Source: Alphaproteobacteria bacterium UBA6062
Lineage (GTDB): Bacteria; Pseudomonadota; Alphaproteobacteria; Sneathiellales; Sneathiellaceae
Direction of reading: 5' to 3'
Length of the DNA: 61,387 bases
NCBI GenBank assembly: GCA_002428885.1
Contig: DIYE01000338.1
Coordinates: 1-61,387 of the forward strand
The notes beneath the pieces are model-generated. The model was not told the DNA's origin. It worked only from the letters and a program-made list of their open reading frames with translations, and did no database searches. The translations under genes were made by a program, and so were the position numbers. This document shows, in pieces, positions 35,767 to 45,525 of this stretch. Every line of letters begins with the position of its first letter. Position 1 is the stretch's first letter.

Positions 35767-36678
35767 TCATGTCCACCCCTCCCTATCCTGTTGCCCGCTT
35801 CCTTCGTATAGGGGCCGCATTTTCATAATAGCGCGGGTAATATGATCTCTGAATATCCTGAGCCTGGCGGTCTCCCGCAGATCGGGATGAGAAAGGATCC
35901 ACAAATCAAAATAAGGGCTGCTGATACTCCCGGGCAGCCGCACGAGATCCGGCTCGAGATCAGCGGCAAAGCAAGGTAGCGATGCAATCCCCAAGCCTGC
36001 TTTAACCGCCTGTAACTGCATCATACCATTAGCGAGGTTGTTTCGTCCTGGTATCTCCGGATATAGGCTCTCCTTTATCCACTTGGGGAAACGGTCCCTT
36101 TCATCCCAGCGAATCCAGCTAACGGTCGGTGGTTCGGCTGCAAAGTTGTTTTCTTCCAGGAATACCCGGGAAGCATAATGCGCATAGTGGACTGTCGCCA
36201 GTTTGCGACCAATCAGATGTGGTGGCGGTTCCGAACTGCGCCTCATATAGCGAAGCGCAATATCCGCCTCACGCTTGGACAGATCAAACGCCCGATAGGA
36301 TAAGACCAGCTCAAGATCTATGTCAGGGAAATTCCGGGTAAATTCGGTAATATCCGGCATTAGAATGCCGGAGGTCAGCGAATCCGGAAAGGTGATACAA
36401 ATATCGCCTTCAAGGCGGGCATCCTGACCCAGCAACCGCCTTTCCAGGCTGTTCATATCCTGTTCCATCTGGATAGCACTGCCCATCATATCGTCCCCGG
36501 CAAGGGTCGTCACATAGCCGCCCGGCGTGCGATCAAACAGCCTGACACCAATCTGCTGCTCAAACTGTTCAATACGACGGGCAACGGTAGAGTGACTAAC
36601 GCCGAGGGTCTTTCCAGCCGTCCGGATTGATCCGGCCCTTGCCAAAGCCAGAAAATACCTGACGTCATCCCAATCCAT
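35767..36678 (-). CDS. LysR family regulator
   Basis: MDWDDVRYFLALARAGS...HSTVARRI...LFDR; READIALR. Confidence 0.93.
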   Translation of the reverse strand: MDWDDVRYFLALARAGSIRTAGKTLGVSHSTVARRIEQFEQQIGVRLFDRTPGGYVTTLAGDDMMGSAIQMEQDMNSLERRLLGQDARLEGDICITFPDSLTSGILMPDITEFTRNFPDIDLELVLSYRAFDLSKREADIALRYMRRSSEPPPHLIGRKLATVHYAHYASRVFLEENNFAAEPPTVSWIRWDERDRFPKWIKESLYPEIPGRNNLANGMMQLQAVKAGLGIASLPCFAADLEPDLVRLPGSISSPYFDLWILSHPDLRETARLRIFRDHITRAIMKMRPLYEGSGQQDREGWT

Positions 36679-36845
36679 GATCTTCTCCCGTCACATATAC
36701 GAACCAACTGGTTCCAATAATCGTCCATGCCGGACCAAAGTTGCAACACTATATTTCTAATACACAGGGGGAGTTTTCCACGATAGCCAGAGTCACACGG
36801 CATCGGGAAAGTCCCGTCATCCTGGCACTGAAACAGGAGCGGAAC

Positions 36846-37799
36846 ATGCAGGGAATACTGAAAGATTTTCACGATTTTGAACCGGAGCAGGAGAGCTTTT
36901 TAAGCGCTGTCCTGAACGGCCTCCGTAAACAGCAGAAATCCATACCCAGTAAATTTTTTTATGACGAGAGAGGATCCGGGCTCTTTGATCAAATTTGCGA
37001 GCTCGACGAATATTACCCGACCCGGACCGAACTGCAGATTCTGAAAGACCATTCTGCAGACATTTCAGCCGTCCTGGGAAGCCGCGCCCATCTGATTGAA
37101 TTCGGTAGCGGTTCCAGCACTAAAATCAGGACCCTGCTGGATGCTATGGAACAACCGTTAAGTTATGTCCCCATGGATATCTCACGGGATCACCTGCTGA
37201 TCGCCGCCAAAAGACTGGCCGGTTCATTTCCTGATCTTCCGGTGATTGCAATCTGTGCAGACTATACATCTGATTTTCCTTTCCCCAATCTGGGAGGAGG
37301 TCGGAAAACGGGATTTTTCCCGGGCTCCACAATCGGAAATTTCACCCCTCGAGAAGCCACGGAGTTCCTTAAAAAGGCTCGAAATCTACTGGAGGGCGGA
37401 GGTATGCTCATCGGTGTCGATCTTCTTAAGGACGAGAAGATCCTGCATGCTGCCTATAATGATACCCTGGGGGTCACCGCCGACTTTAATCTCAATCTGC
37501 TGAAACGCTGCAACCAGGAACTAAAAGGCGGATTTGATATCTCTAAGTTTGAGCATAGAGCTTTCCTGAACAGGGAAAAGAGCCGGATTGAAATGCACTT
37601 GATCAGCCTCTGTGATCAGATTGTCCCGCTTGACGGTGAGCGTATTGCTTTTCGGGAAGGCGAAACAATCCATACGGAAAACTCCTATAAATATAGCGTC
37701 GAGAGTTTTCAGGCATTGGCGGAAGAGGCCGGTTTCTCCCCCCAGGCTGTCTGGACTGACTCTGCGTCTTTATTCAGCGTTCATTATCTCAAATCCTGA
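36846..37799 (+). CDS. egtD: L-histidine N-alpha-trimethyltransferase EgtD
   Basis: PSKFFYDERGS.LF..I..L.EYYPTRTE, IEFGSGSS.K, FPGSTIGN, IHTENSYKY; RBS CAGGAG. Confidence 0.93.
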   Translation: MQGILKDFHDFEPEQESFLSAVLNGLRKQQKSIPSKFFYDERGSGLFDQICELDEYYPTRTELQILKDHSADISAVLGSRAHLIEFGSGSSTKIRTLLDAMEQPLSYVPMDISRDHLLIAAKRLAGSFPDLPVIAICADYTSDFPFPNLGGGRKTGFFPGSTIGNFTPREATEFLKKARNLLEGGGMLIGVDLLKDEKILHAAYNDTLGVTADFNLNLLKRCNQELKGGFDISKFEHRAFLNREKSRIEMHLISLCDQIVPLDGERIAFREGETIHTENSYKYSVESFQALAEEAGFSPQAVWTDSASLFSVHYLKS

Positions 37800-37812
37800 A
37801 GGAGGCTCCACG

Positions 37813-39102
37813 ATGACCATAACGCCATTACCGGTAACCGCCCCTTCCGAGACTGTTGAGAGACTCAAACAGGAATATTCCTCCGTTCGCCAACGCTCCC
37901 TGGATCTTATTGCTGATCTTTCTGATGCAGATGCAACGGTTCAGTCAATGCCGGATGCCAGTCCTGCGAAGTGGCATATGGCACACACATCCTGGTTTTT
38001 TGAAACCGTTATTCTCGGGAGTTTTCTGGATCATTATACAGTTTTCAATGAGCGCTTTGCCTTCCTGTTTAATTCCTATTATGAACAGCTCGGTCCTAGA
38101 CAACCAAGACCGAGCAGAGGCATGTTGACCCGCCCTTCCCTGGAAGAGGTCACCCAATATAGAGATCATGTTGATCAACATATGCACCGCTTTTTCCGCT
38201 CGTCAGACTGTACAGAGAAAGCCGCTGGCCTGATCGAACTGGGTTTGCACCATGAAATGCAACATCAGGAGCTCCTCCTCACTGACATCCTGCATCTGTT
38301 TTCTCAAAATCCTCTAAAACCGGCCTTTCGTATTCCGGAACCTCTCGCTATTCCGAATACGCCACCGGCTTCTCAAACCTGGCAAAGCTTTGAAGGCGGT
38401 ATCGTGAAAATCGGCCATTCAGGGCCTGATTTTGCATTTGATTGCGAGGGCCCGAGCCATGAACAGATTATCAGACCCTTCCGTCTTGCAAGCCATCCTG
38501 TGACCAACAGGGAGTGGACAACCTTTATAGAAGACGGCGGCTATCAAGACCCGCTTCATTGGCTGTCAGACGGTTGGGCAATTGTCCAAGCGGACAACTG
38601 GAACGCTCCGCTCTATTGGGGAGAAGAAACGGATGGATGGTGGAGCATGACCCTCCGCGGCTATCAGCCTGTGGATATGGACGCTCCTGTTACTCATATC
38701 AGCTATTTCGAAGCTGATGCCTATGCTCGGTGGGCCGGCAAGCGGCTCCCCACCGAATTTGAATGGGAGTTCGCCGCCAAAGATACAGTCATAGCCGGGA
38801 ATTTTTCGGAAACAGATCACCTGAGGCCCCGCCGTCCTTCAGAGGACGGAATAGCATCTCATCAGCTATTTGGTGATGTCTGGGAATGGACCTCCAGCCC
38901 CTATATCGCGTATCCCGGTTTTAAACCCGCCGACGGGGCTGTGTCGGAATATAATGGCAAGTTCATGTCCGGACAGCTGGTTCTGCGCGGCGGTTCCTGC
39001 GCAACACCTCTCAAGCAAGTACGATCCAGTTATCGGAATTTCTTCTACCCTCATCAGCGATGGCAGTTTTCAGGACTACGTCTGGCAGAAGATATACCCT
39101 GA
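37813..39102 (+). CDS. egtB: Ergothioneine sulfoxide synthase EgtB
   Basis: QSMPDASPAKWHMAH, FNSYY, HEMQHQELL, RLPTEFEWE, RNFF...RWQFSG; RBS GAAGGAGG. Confidence 0.93.
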   Translation: MTITPLPVTAPSETVERLKQEYSSVRQRSLDLIADLSDADATVQSMPDASPAKWHMAHTSWFFETVILGSFLDHYTVFNERFAFLFNSYYEQLGPRQPRPSRGMLTRPSLEEVTQYRDHVDQHMHRFFRSSDCTEKAAGLIELGLHHEMQHQELLLTDILHLFSQNPLKPAFRIPEPLAIPNTPPASQTWQSFEGGIVKIGHSGPDFAFDCEGPSHEQIIRPFRLASHPVTNREWTTFIEDGGYQDPLHWLSDGWAIVQADNWNAPLYWGEETDGWWSMTLRGYQPVDMDAPVTHISYFEADAYARWAGKRLPTEFEWEFAAKDTVIAGNFSETDHLRPRRPSEDGIASHQLFGDVWEWTSSPYIAYPGFKPADGAVSEYNGKFMSGQLVLRGGSCATPLKQVRSSYRNFFYPHQRWQFSGLRLAEDIP

Positions 39103-39113
39103 TCAGATCTTTT

Positions 39114-39485
39114 TCAGCCCGTCATTTTTTCCCGCTGGGCATCCTGCTGGAGTTTGACTTTATGACCGACAGCCGCAATCGCCTCAATGGCCGGTAGTAA
39201 CTCCTGACCAAACTCTGTCAGGGAATATTCGACGGAAGGCGGAGAGGTTGGCTTGACTTCCCGTATCAAAATCAGTCTTTCCTCCATCTCCCGAAGGCGG
39301 GTTGTCAGCATTTTTGCGGATACAAGCGGTATGTCCACCCGGAGTTCACTAAACCGCCTGGGTCCTGCTTTTAAGGACCACAGAATATTGGGTGTCCAGG
39401 CTCCGCCTATAATCTCCATGCAATTTGTAAGAGGACAATTATGAGGAAGAGCAGGGCTTTTGTTTTTTCTGACTTTCAGTGCCAT
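39114..39485 (-). CDS. HxlR family winged-helix regulator
   Basis: CPL...IIGGAW..IL..L..GPRRFSEL...KML..RLREME...PPSVEYSLT. Confidence 0.92.
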   Translation of the reverse strand: MALKVRKNKSPALPHNCPLTNCMEIIGGAWTPNILWSLKAGPRRFSELRVDIPLVSAKMLTTRLREMEERLILIREVKPTSPPSVEYSLTEFGQELLPAIEAIAAVGHKVKLQQDAQREKMTG

Positions 39486-39486
39486 G

Positions 39487-39512
39487 GTTACCGCCAGTTA
39501 CCATTAGTTACC
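39487..39512. repeat. Three GTTACC direct repeats at 10-bp period (probable HxlR operator)
   Basis: GTTACC at 39487, 39497 and 39507; related inverted GTAACC at 39562. Confidence 0.6.
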
Positions 39513-39851
39513 TTTTAGAAACACCATAATGTAATATCATATTGTTTTATAGTTTACAAATGTAACCACAAACTCCAGATCTCAGACACTGAAAATATTG
39601 GAACCTGCTTCACAGGAGATCCGGAACGAAACTCTATTACAAACCAGATGCCTGCTCACTAGCCGTATACTCATAAAGGACGCGTTTCTGACGCCACAGA
39701 GGAGAAAATTAATACTGTCCGGAGGATACAAAAACAGCTTCACTACCGCGTCACACCTCAACAAAACTGGGTAAGCATTCCCCCTTTCAAGATAAAACTA
39801 TATGCGATACACATAGCACAAGCGGCATAAAAACAAGAAAAGGCGAGATCA

Positions 39852-40553
39852 ATGGAACTGGCTAAAGCGCATCTGGATATCGGGCTCTATACCAACAATA
39901 AAGACGCCATGCTCGACTTCTGGCAACGCGAAATCGGCCTTGCATATGATCATCTTGGTAAACTTGGAGGGGGCATTCACCAGCATCGACATTTTCTGGG
40001 TGACGGTCCCAATGGCCCCATACTGAAAATCAATCATGCGCGGGATCCACTAGAAAACGGCTTCCCCTCCGGTATATCAACCTTACTGCTTGCCCGGAAG
40101 GACCTGTCGTCTCCAAGCACCCTGTCCGATCCGGAGGGAAATCGGATCTGCCTCGTCCCTGTCGGCTATCAGGGTATCACTGACACAGCCGTTGAGATAA
40201 AAACACCGGACCTGGATCAGTTCCAGAGATTTTATGGTAATATATTGAACCTGGCTCCGTTGACCACCGAAAACGGCCCGGCATTTCAATGCGGGAAAAC
40301 CGTGATTCTGGGAAGAGAAGATAAAAGCCAGCCTTTATCGGGTCACCATGTTGCAAATGGCTACCGCTATCTGACAGTGCAAATACAAGATGCCGACCAG
40401 GAACATGCTCATGTTCTTTCAGAAGGAGGAGCAGAGGGCATGGCACCCAAAACACTGGGAACGACGGTTCGCTATAGCTTTGTCCGTGATTTTGACGGCA
40501 ACTGGCTTGAATTGTCGCAACGCGCCAGCCTCACGGGAGATGATTTCTCTTAA
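39852..40553 (+). CDS. VOC/glyoxalase family protein (two-domain)
   Basis: LDIGL...MLDFW, DPEGNRI, FVRDFDGNWLEL. Confidence 0.85.
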   Translation: MELAKAHLDIGLYTNNKDAMLDFWQREIGLAYDHLGKLGGGIHQHRHFLGDGPNGPILKINHARDPLENGFPSGISTLLLARKDLSSPSTLSDPEGNRICLVPVGYQGITDTAVEIKTPDLDQFQRFYGNILNLAPLTTENGPAFQCGKTVILGREDKSQPLSGHHVANGYRYLTVQIQDADQEHAHVLSEGGAEGMAPKTLGTTVRYSFVRDFDGNWLELSQRASLTGDDFS

Positions 40554-42307
40554 CGGCCCGACAGTTTGGCTTTGATAAGATCCCAGGCCAACGATAGATG
40601 CGTTCCGGAAAAATAGCGATTATCTACACGCCGACCTTCCTTCCAGACATCCAGAATACGAATATTCTGCAAACTGCCGACGGGAACCTCAAGCGGATTG
40701 TCAGACAAGACCGTGAAGTCTGCCCGTTTCCCTTCTTCGATAGAGCCAAGTTCGTCCCCTTCCCCCAGTTGAATGGCCGCGTTCAACGTCATGGCTCTTA
40801 GCGCGTTCTGTCGAGATATTTTCTCGTTCGGTGCACTGACTGTTTTCCCGGTAAATGACGTCCTTTCAATTGCCGTTTTCAATGTTCTGAAAGGATCAAT
40901 AGAAGTGGCCGGATGATCTCCATGAACCGTAATCTCAAGACCGGCTTCCAGGGCAGACTGAAGCGGCATATACCGTTTCATCCGTTTCTCACCCATCAAA
41001 GAGGGCAAAACATCTCCGTAATAATAGAGATGATCAACAAAGAAACCCGTCGTAACCCCCAGCTTCGCGGCTCTCGCCATCTGTGAAACCGTTATCAGGG
41101 CATTATGTTCAAGCCTGTGCCTGAGAGCCGGTGCAGGCTTAGCGGTCTGCGCCATCTCAATAGCATCAAGCGCCGCATCGATAGCCCGCTCCCCCTGAAC
41201 GTGAATGGCAATCTGATAGCCTTTGTTGTGATATGCGAGGATCTGTCTTTCGAACTCTGCCCTGGTATAGTTCAAAGATCCACTATGATTATGAGCAAGC
41301 CCGAGTCGCTCGATCACGACATCGGAATTTTCATAACTGCCTTCCAGGGCGGCACCTCCGGTGAAAGGGGATCCATCCATCCAGAATTTTATCCCCTTGA
41401 TACGGAAGTCAGCTGATCCGGCCAAGGGCAGGTTCTTGTCCTGATGTGGCAGAAGATACAGATATGTTCTGAGAGGGCTCTCAGGATCGTCCGCCACTTT
41501 TCGGATCAACTCAACAGGATCTTTATGCCGTCCCACAGCCCCGGCAACACCAATCGTTGTATAGCCCGCTTTCGAGTAGCGAATATACTGAAAACGCAAA
41601 AGCAATTCCGTCGCCTGATCCGGTGCAAGGGGGATGCGGCTGATCAGCCGGTCAATTGCCTCGACCTCCCGCACAGTGCCAGTCAGATTTCCAGCGTCGT
41701 CCCGAATGAAACCCTCTACGATATCACCAGGGCTCTTCACATTGATACCCGCCGCTTTAAGAGCTGCGCTATTGACATAGGCCTCATGTAACATCTGCGT
41801 CAGAATAACCAACGGCTTTTTCGGCGACAGGGCATCCAGCTCCGCCAGGGTCGGCGGCTCCAGATCCGCAACGAGAAGCGGATCCCAACCATAGGCAACG
41901 ATCCAGGGGGTCAGGGTAAAGCCACTCGACGCATCTTCAAGCACCTCCATGATGGCGGCCCGGCTGTTATACCGAAACCCACTGATATCCACCGCCGTTC
42001 CCAACAAGGCTGAAGCGACCGGATGTGTATGCGGCTCGATGAGTCCAGGCAGCACAATGGCTCCGTCCAGGTCAACAGTCTCGACAAATCCCGCTCTGGC
42101 TTCAATGCCGCGCTGGGTCCCGACAGCACGAATACGACCATCTTCAACCAAAACGGCTGATGCCACCGGGTTGTCTGGATCCATCGTGAGGATCGTGCCG
42201 CCAATCAGGATAAATTTATCAGGCGCTGCTGATCGATACATCAACAGAAACAAACCAAGTCCACCGACCAGAAAAACAAACAGCGTCGCTTTGAAAAATG
42301 CTTTCAT
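40550..42307 (-). CDS. Amidohydrolase-3 (YtcJ-like), N-terminally anchored
   Basis: PGLIEPHTH, KFWMDGS, HVQGE, HRLEH, HGDHP, GSIEEGKRADF; N-terminal TM segment. Confidence 0.9.
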   Translation of the reverse strand: MKAFFKATLFVFLVGGLGLFLLMYRSAAPDKFILIGGTILTMDPDNPVASAVLVEDGRIRAVGTQRGIEARAGFVETVDLDGAIVLPGLIEPHTHPVASALLGTAVDISGFRYNSRAAIMEVLEDASSGFTLTPWIVAYGWDPLLVADLEPPTLAELDALSPKKPLVILTQMLHEAYVNSAALKAAGINVKSPGDIVEGFIRDDAGNLTGTVREVEAIDRLISRIPLAPDQATELLLRFQYIRYSKAGYTTIGVAGAVGRHKDPVELIRKVADDPESPLRTYLYLLPHQDKNLPLAGSADFRIKGIKFWMDGSPFTGGAALEGSYENSDVVIERLGLAHNHSGSLNYTRAEFERQILAYHNKGYQIAIHVQGERAIDAALDAIEMAQTAKPAPALRHRLEHNALITVSQMARAAKLGVTTGFFVDHLYYYGDVLPSLMGEKRMKRYMPLQSALEAGLEITVHGDHPATSIDPFRTLKTAIERTSFTGKTVSAPNEKISRQNALRAMTLNAAIQLGEGDELGSIEEGKRADFTVLSDNPLEVPVGSLQNIRILDVWKEGRRVDNRYFSGTHLSLAWDLIKAKLSGR

Positions 42308-42324
42308 ACCCCCTCCGGAAAACA

Positions 42325-43632
42325 CTATTTCTTAGGCAGGAACTCCAACCGCAACCCCTTTGCAGTTCGGTTTTGAAAGCCTTTCCAATAGGTGTGTTCA
42401 AGCTTCAGTGTTCCATCCTTTTCCGCAGCAAAAACCCCTTTATCCGAGTCTTCAACCAGGTCAAGATAGGCTTTCATTTTAGCATTCTGTTTCAGATGCT
42501 GACCGAAATAAGCCGTAGCGAAATGCTGGGTAATATTGTTCATTCTGACACTATCCCAAACAGCATCCGCATAATGCTCAAAAGGAACAAAATCCAGATG
42601 TGGTGAGGGTTTCCAGGCCTCGGCAGGTGCCGGTATAGGAGCCGCAGCATTGTGATTGGCGTGATTAAAGGTCAAAAGGTACCTGTCTATATTAACGGTG
42701 TTTTCGAAAAGAGCGCGCACCCCCTTCTCATATCCGGAAACATCGTCAGCGCTACCGGCGACAAAGAGGATAGGGATCCTCACACCCGACAGTCCCTTGG
42801 CATCCCAAAAACCGGTATTCATCCCCCAGGGTGCGATTGAAATCACCGCTTTAAAGCGATCATCCATAAGAGCTTCATGCTCTTTACTGCCTGACATCAT
42901 CCGCTTCAACGTACCGGCCGGCGCCCCCCAGCTATACTCCGTGCTGGCTTTAGTGACACCGCCGCCTGCCGTGATGACAGATCCGTAACCGCCCATGGAA
43001 TATCCGATAAGCCCAGTACGGGAGGCGTCTATCATACCTGACAAAAAGTGATCTTTCTGCTGACTGAACCGGGCCATTTCATTCAGCACAAAATTCTGAT
43101 CCAGCGCCCTGTTCACCAGGGTGCTGCCAAAAGCGGCCTTGTCGTGATACATGCTGTCCGTGTGGTCAATAGACGCAACGATATATCCTTTGCTCGCCAG
43201 ATTTTCTCCCAGATGACTCATGAGGAAGCGATTGCCGGGATAACCATGAGAAATAAGGATAAGAGGATAGGCTTTATCCGTCGCCCGGGGTTCGGCATCC
43301 CGAACGGCCCGACCGCTCAGCGTAACTTTGGTAACGCCGTCCCGGATATAAACATCCGGGTATTCCCCGCCGGACACTTTTCCTTTAGCCGGATACCAGA
43401 TTTCCAGTGTCAGAGCTCTGTCATATCTGGGAAAATCCTGGTCTTTCTTGACATTGAGAATATCAATCTGTCCCTTATGGACGACATTCAGACTTCGGAC
43501 ACCAACCGACAGATCACCGGGAGCTGCCAGTTCTGGAGCATCAGGCCGCAGACCATCGACCCTGTTCTCTGTCGCCTGTCCTGTTCCCAGCATCGCAAAC
43601 CCCACAATCAGCCCACAGATTATTCTTCTCAT
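42325..43632 (-). CDS. Secreted alpha/beta hydrolase (PAF-acetylhydrolase/dienelactone hydrolase-like)
   Basis: Signal peptide; SHGYPG, IGYSMGG nucleophile, GSADD, ANHN. Confidence 0.88.
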   Translation of the reverse strand: MRRIICGLIVGFAMLGTGQATENRVDGLRPDAPELAAPGDLSVGVRSLNVVHKGQIDILNVKKDQDFPRYDRALTLEIWYPAKGKVSGGEYPDVYIRDGVTKVTLSGRAVRDAEPRATDKAYPLILISHGYPGNRFLMSHLGENLASKGYIVASIDHTDSMYHDKAAFGSTLVNRALDQNFVLNEMARFSQQKDHFLSGMIDASRTGLIGYSMGGYGSVITAGGGVTKASTEYSWGAPAGTLKRMMSGSKEHEALMDDRFKAVISIAPWGMNTGFWDAKGLSGVRIPILFVAGSADDVSGYEKGVRALFENTVNIDRYLLTFNHANHNAAAPIPAPAEAWKPSPHLDFVPFEHYADAVWDSVRMNNITQHFATAYFGQHLKQNAKMKAYLDLVEDSDKGVFAAEKDGTLKLEHTYWKGFQNRTAKGLRLEFLPKK

Positions 43633-43671
43633 TGGTCTTCCCCTGAATGTTTGCTTATGTCCGCCTCTCAC

Positions 43672-44274
43672 TTATGAGGCCAATTCGCTATCCTTTGCTT
43701 TGTAAATAGACTGCTTCGGACGTGTCAGAACACGCCTGACCATAGGCTCAAAAAAACTCAACGGTTCTGACTGATACTCTTTGTCAAAAGCATTCTGATC
43801 ATATTTCGCACAGAATTCGGCGCAGGCATCAAAATAAGGATGATCCTTGAACCGATCCCTCATATTGCGGTCAAGACCGATATGCTGGAAAAAATAATAT
43901 CCTTGGAAAACGCCATGATGTTTGACAATCCAGTGCAGCTCGTCTGACAGGAAAGGCTGCAGGATTGACGCAGCAATGTCCGCGTGATTATAGGTCCCCA
44001 GCGTATCTCCGATATCGTGCAACAATGCCATCACGACATATTCTTCGCTGCGTCCGTCCCGATGAGCCCGCGTCGCGGATTGCAGGGAATGCTGCAACCG
44101 GTCAATCGGGAAACCGCCAAAATCCCCGTCCAGCAGACGAAGATGATCCAGGACACGGTCCGCCAGTCCTTTAGAATAATCGCGAAAATTGTCCGAAATA
44201 ATCACATAATCATCGGCCGTTGCCGCAGCCATTTCGCTGAAGTCAGCCTTTTCCTCTCTTAGTCCGCTCATCAC
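43672..44274 (-). CDS. HD domain protein
   Basis: HSLQSAT, ALLHDIGD, NH, KHHG, YDQ. Confidence 0.88.
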   Translation of the reverse strand: MMSGLREEKADFSEMAAATADDYVIISDNFRDYSKGLADRVLDHLRLLDGDFGGFPIDRLQHSLQSATRAHRDGRSEEYVVMALLHDIGDTLGTYNHADIAASILQPFLSDELHWIVKHHGVFQGYYFFQHIGLDRNMRDRFKDHPYFDACAEFCAKYDQNAFDKEYQSEPLSFFEPMVRRVLTRPKQSIYKAKDSELAS

Positions 44275-44298
44275 ATCACCTTTATCTTATTATTATTG

Positions 44299-44314
44299 GA
44301 CTGACCGGTCGGCC
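44299..44314. promoter_or_regulatory. Possible TetR-type operator upstream of the HD gene
   Basis: GACTGACCGGTCGGCC with perfect core GACCGGTC. Confidence 0.35.
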
Positions 44315-44457
44315 AGCAGAGCCCCTTACAACCATTAGTGTCCTGTATTTTTTTAAAAAGGTCTAGGGGGCAGGGTCTATTTTTGATGGAGGTCAATGAA
44401 GCCGCCTGCAAGCCGTTTCTAAAATAGGACATCAACAAAACAGAAACGGATGGAAAC

Positions 44458-44697
44458 ATGTCTCACGTAGCCCATGAACTTGCTGAAGAATTTCCGGGAG
44501 AAAAAGATAAAATCCAGGAACTCAATCAGACAAACAATCACTTCGCCAAACTGACAGAGGAATATCACTCTGTAAATCGCGAGATACACCGGATCGAAAC
44601 CAATGTCGCGCCGGCGGACGAAGGGTATGAAAAACAGTTACGGCGTCAGCGTCTCGCCCTGAAGGACGAGATCAATCTTATGCTGAAACAAGCCTGA
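44458..44697 (+). CDS. YdcH/DUF465 family coiled-coil protein
   Basis: HELAEEFP...HFAKL.EEYH.VNREI.R.E...LR.QRL.LKDEI. Confidence 0.9.
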   Translation: MSHVAHELAEEFPGEKDKIQELNQTNNHFAKLTEEYHSVNREIHRIETNVAPADEGYEKQLRRQRLALKDEINLMLKQA

Positions 44698-44698
44698 T

Positions 44699-45409
44699 TC
44701 AGGAAATCAGCTTCATTCCCGCCTTACCCGGGTGAGGCGGGATTCCTATGCTTTCTTCTTTACTTCTTGGAGGCAGCTCTGCTTCGTTTATATTCCAGGC
44801 CAATGTGATTCTGGGACGTTCCCCGCGATAGGGGGTGACCATATGAACAATGGAAGACGGAAAAACAATCATCGAGCCTGCCTTGAAATCGGGCACGTAG
44901 CTGTTGCTCATATACGTTCCATCAGCCTGACAGCATAAAGGCAGTCGCGGATCAGATATCAGAAACTTACCTGACATCGGGTCTTGCCGATCCTCATCTC
45001 CCATGGAAACCACATATACGACAGATCCCTGAGACCGGGAGTGCGCATGAGGCATGATATAGTCGCCCTTGTGGTAGATATTCGCCCAACTCAGATCAAC
45101 AACCGATGTTTTAAATCCGGTGATTTCCCGGAAGAATGCCTTTGCTCTTTCATCAATAAATTGAGCCGCCGGAATATCCCAGGCGTCGACGTGATGTATT
45201 TTGACGCTTTTTGAAAAAGACTGCTTTCCTTCCTGCTGAAGACGTTCGGCTGCCTTTTTAACCAGGAAATCTTCAAGCTCCCGGTTCATACCTGCCATAT
45301 CCGGAAAATCCGTCGTCGCAATGTGTTTTTCCGGAGTAGTAACATGTTGTCCCCGCGGAAGCAGGCTCATGCCCATAAACTTCTGCGCAGAAGGATCTTT
45401 GACAGCCAT
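44699..45409 (-). CDS. Putative 2OG-Fe(II) oxygenase
   Basis: WANIY..GD...PHAH, DPR, G.MIVFPS...H.V.P, RITLAWN; start chosen by AGGA RBS. Confidence 0.82.
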   Translation of the reverse strand: MAVKDPSAQKFMGMSLLPRGQHVTTPEKHIATTDFPDMAGMNRELEDFLVKKAAERLQQEGKQSFSKSVKIHHVDAWDIPAAQFIDERAKAFFREITGFKTSVVDLSWANIYHKGDYIMPHAHSRSQGSVVYVVSMGDEDRQDPMSGKFLISDPRLPLCCQADGTYMSNSYVPDFKAGSMIVFPSSIVHMVTPYRGERPRITLAWNINEAELPPRSKEESIGIPPHPGKAGMKLIS

Positions 45410-45525
45410 AACATTCCTGACCAGTTTTTGAAGAAGCCCTTTTACGCTACTCTGTTTATAGATTGATGACAGATCATTCAAGATTGCTCATACTGCTCGA
45501 AATAAAAGAAAAAACAGGTACAGCC

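Noticed and set aside
36701-36714. GAAC...GTTC as an SOS box
   Set aside because: Spacing fits neither GAAC-N4-GTTC nor the alphaproteobacterial GTTC-N7-GTTC; a LysR site is more likely.
36765-36846. Partial resemblance of the egtD leader to a SAM-SAH riboswitch, and an upstream SD + ACG in frame with egtD
   Set aside because: The GUCAC/GUGAC pairing needed for that riboswitch is missing, and egtD has its own good SD and ATG.
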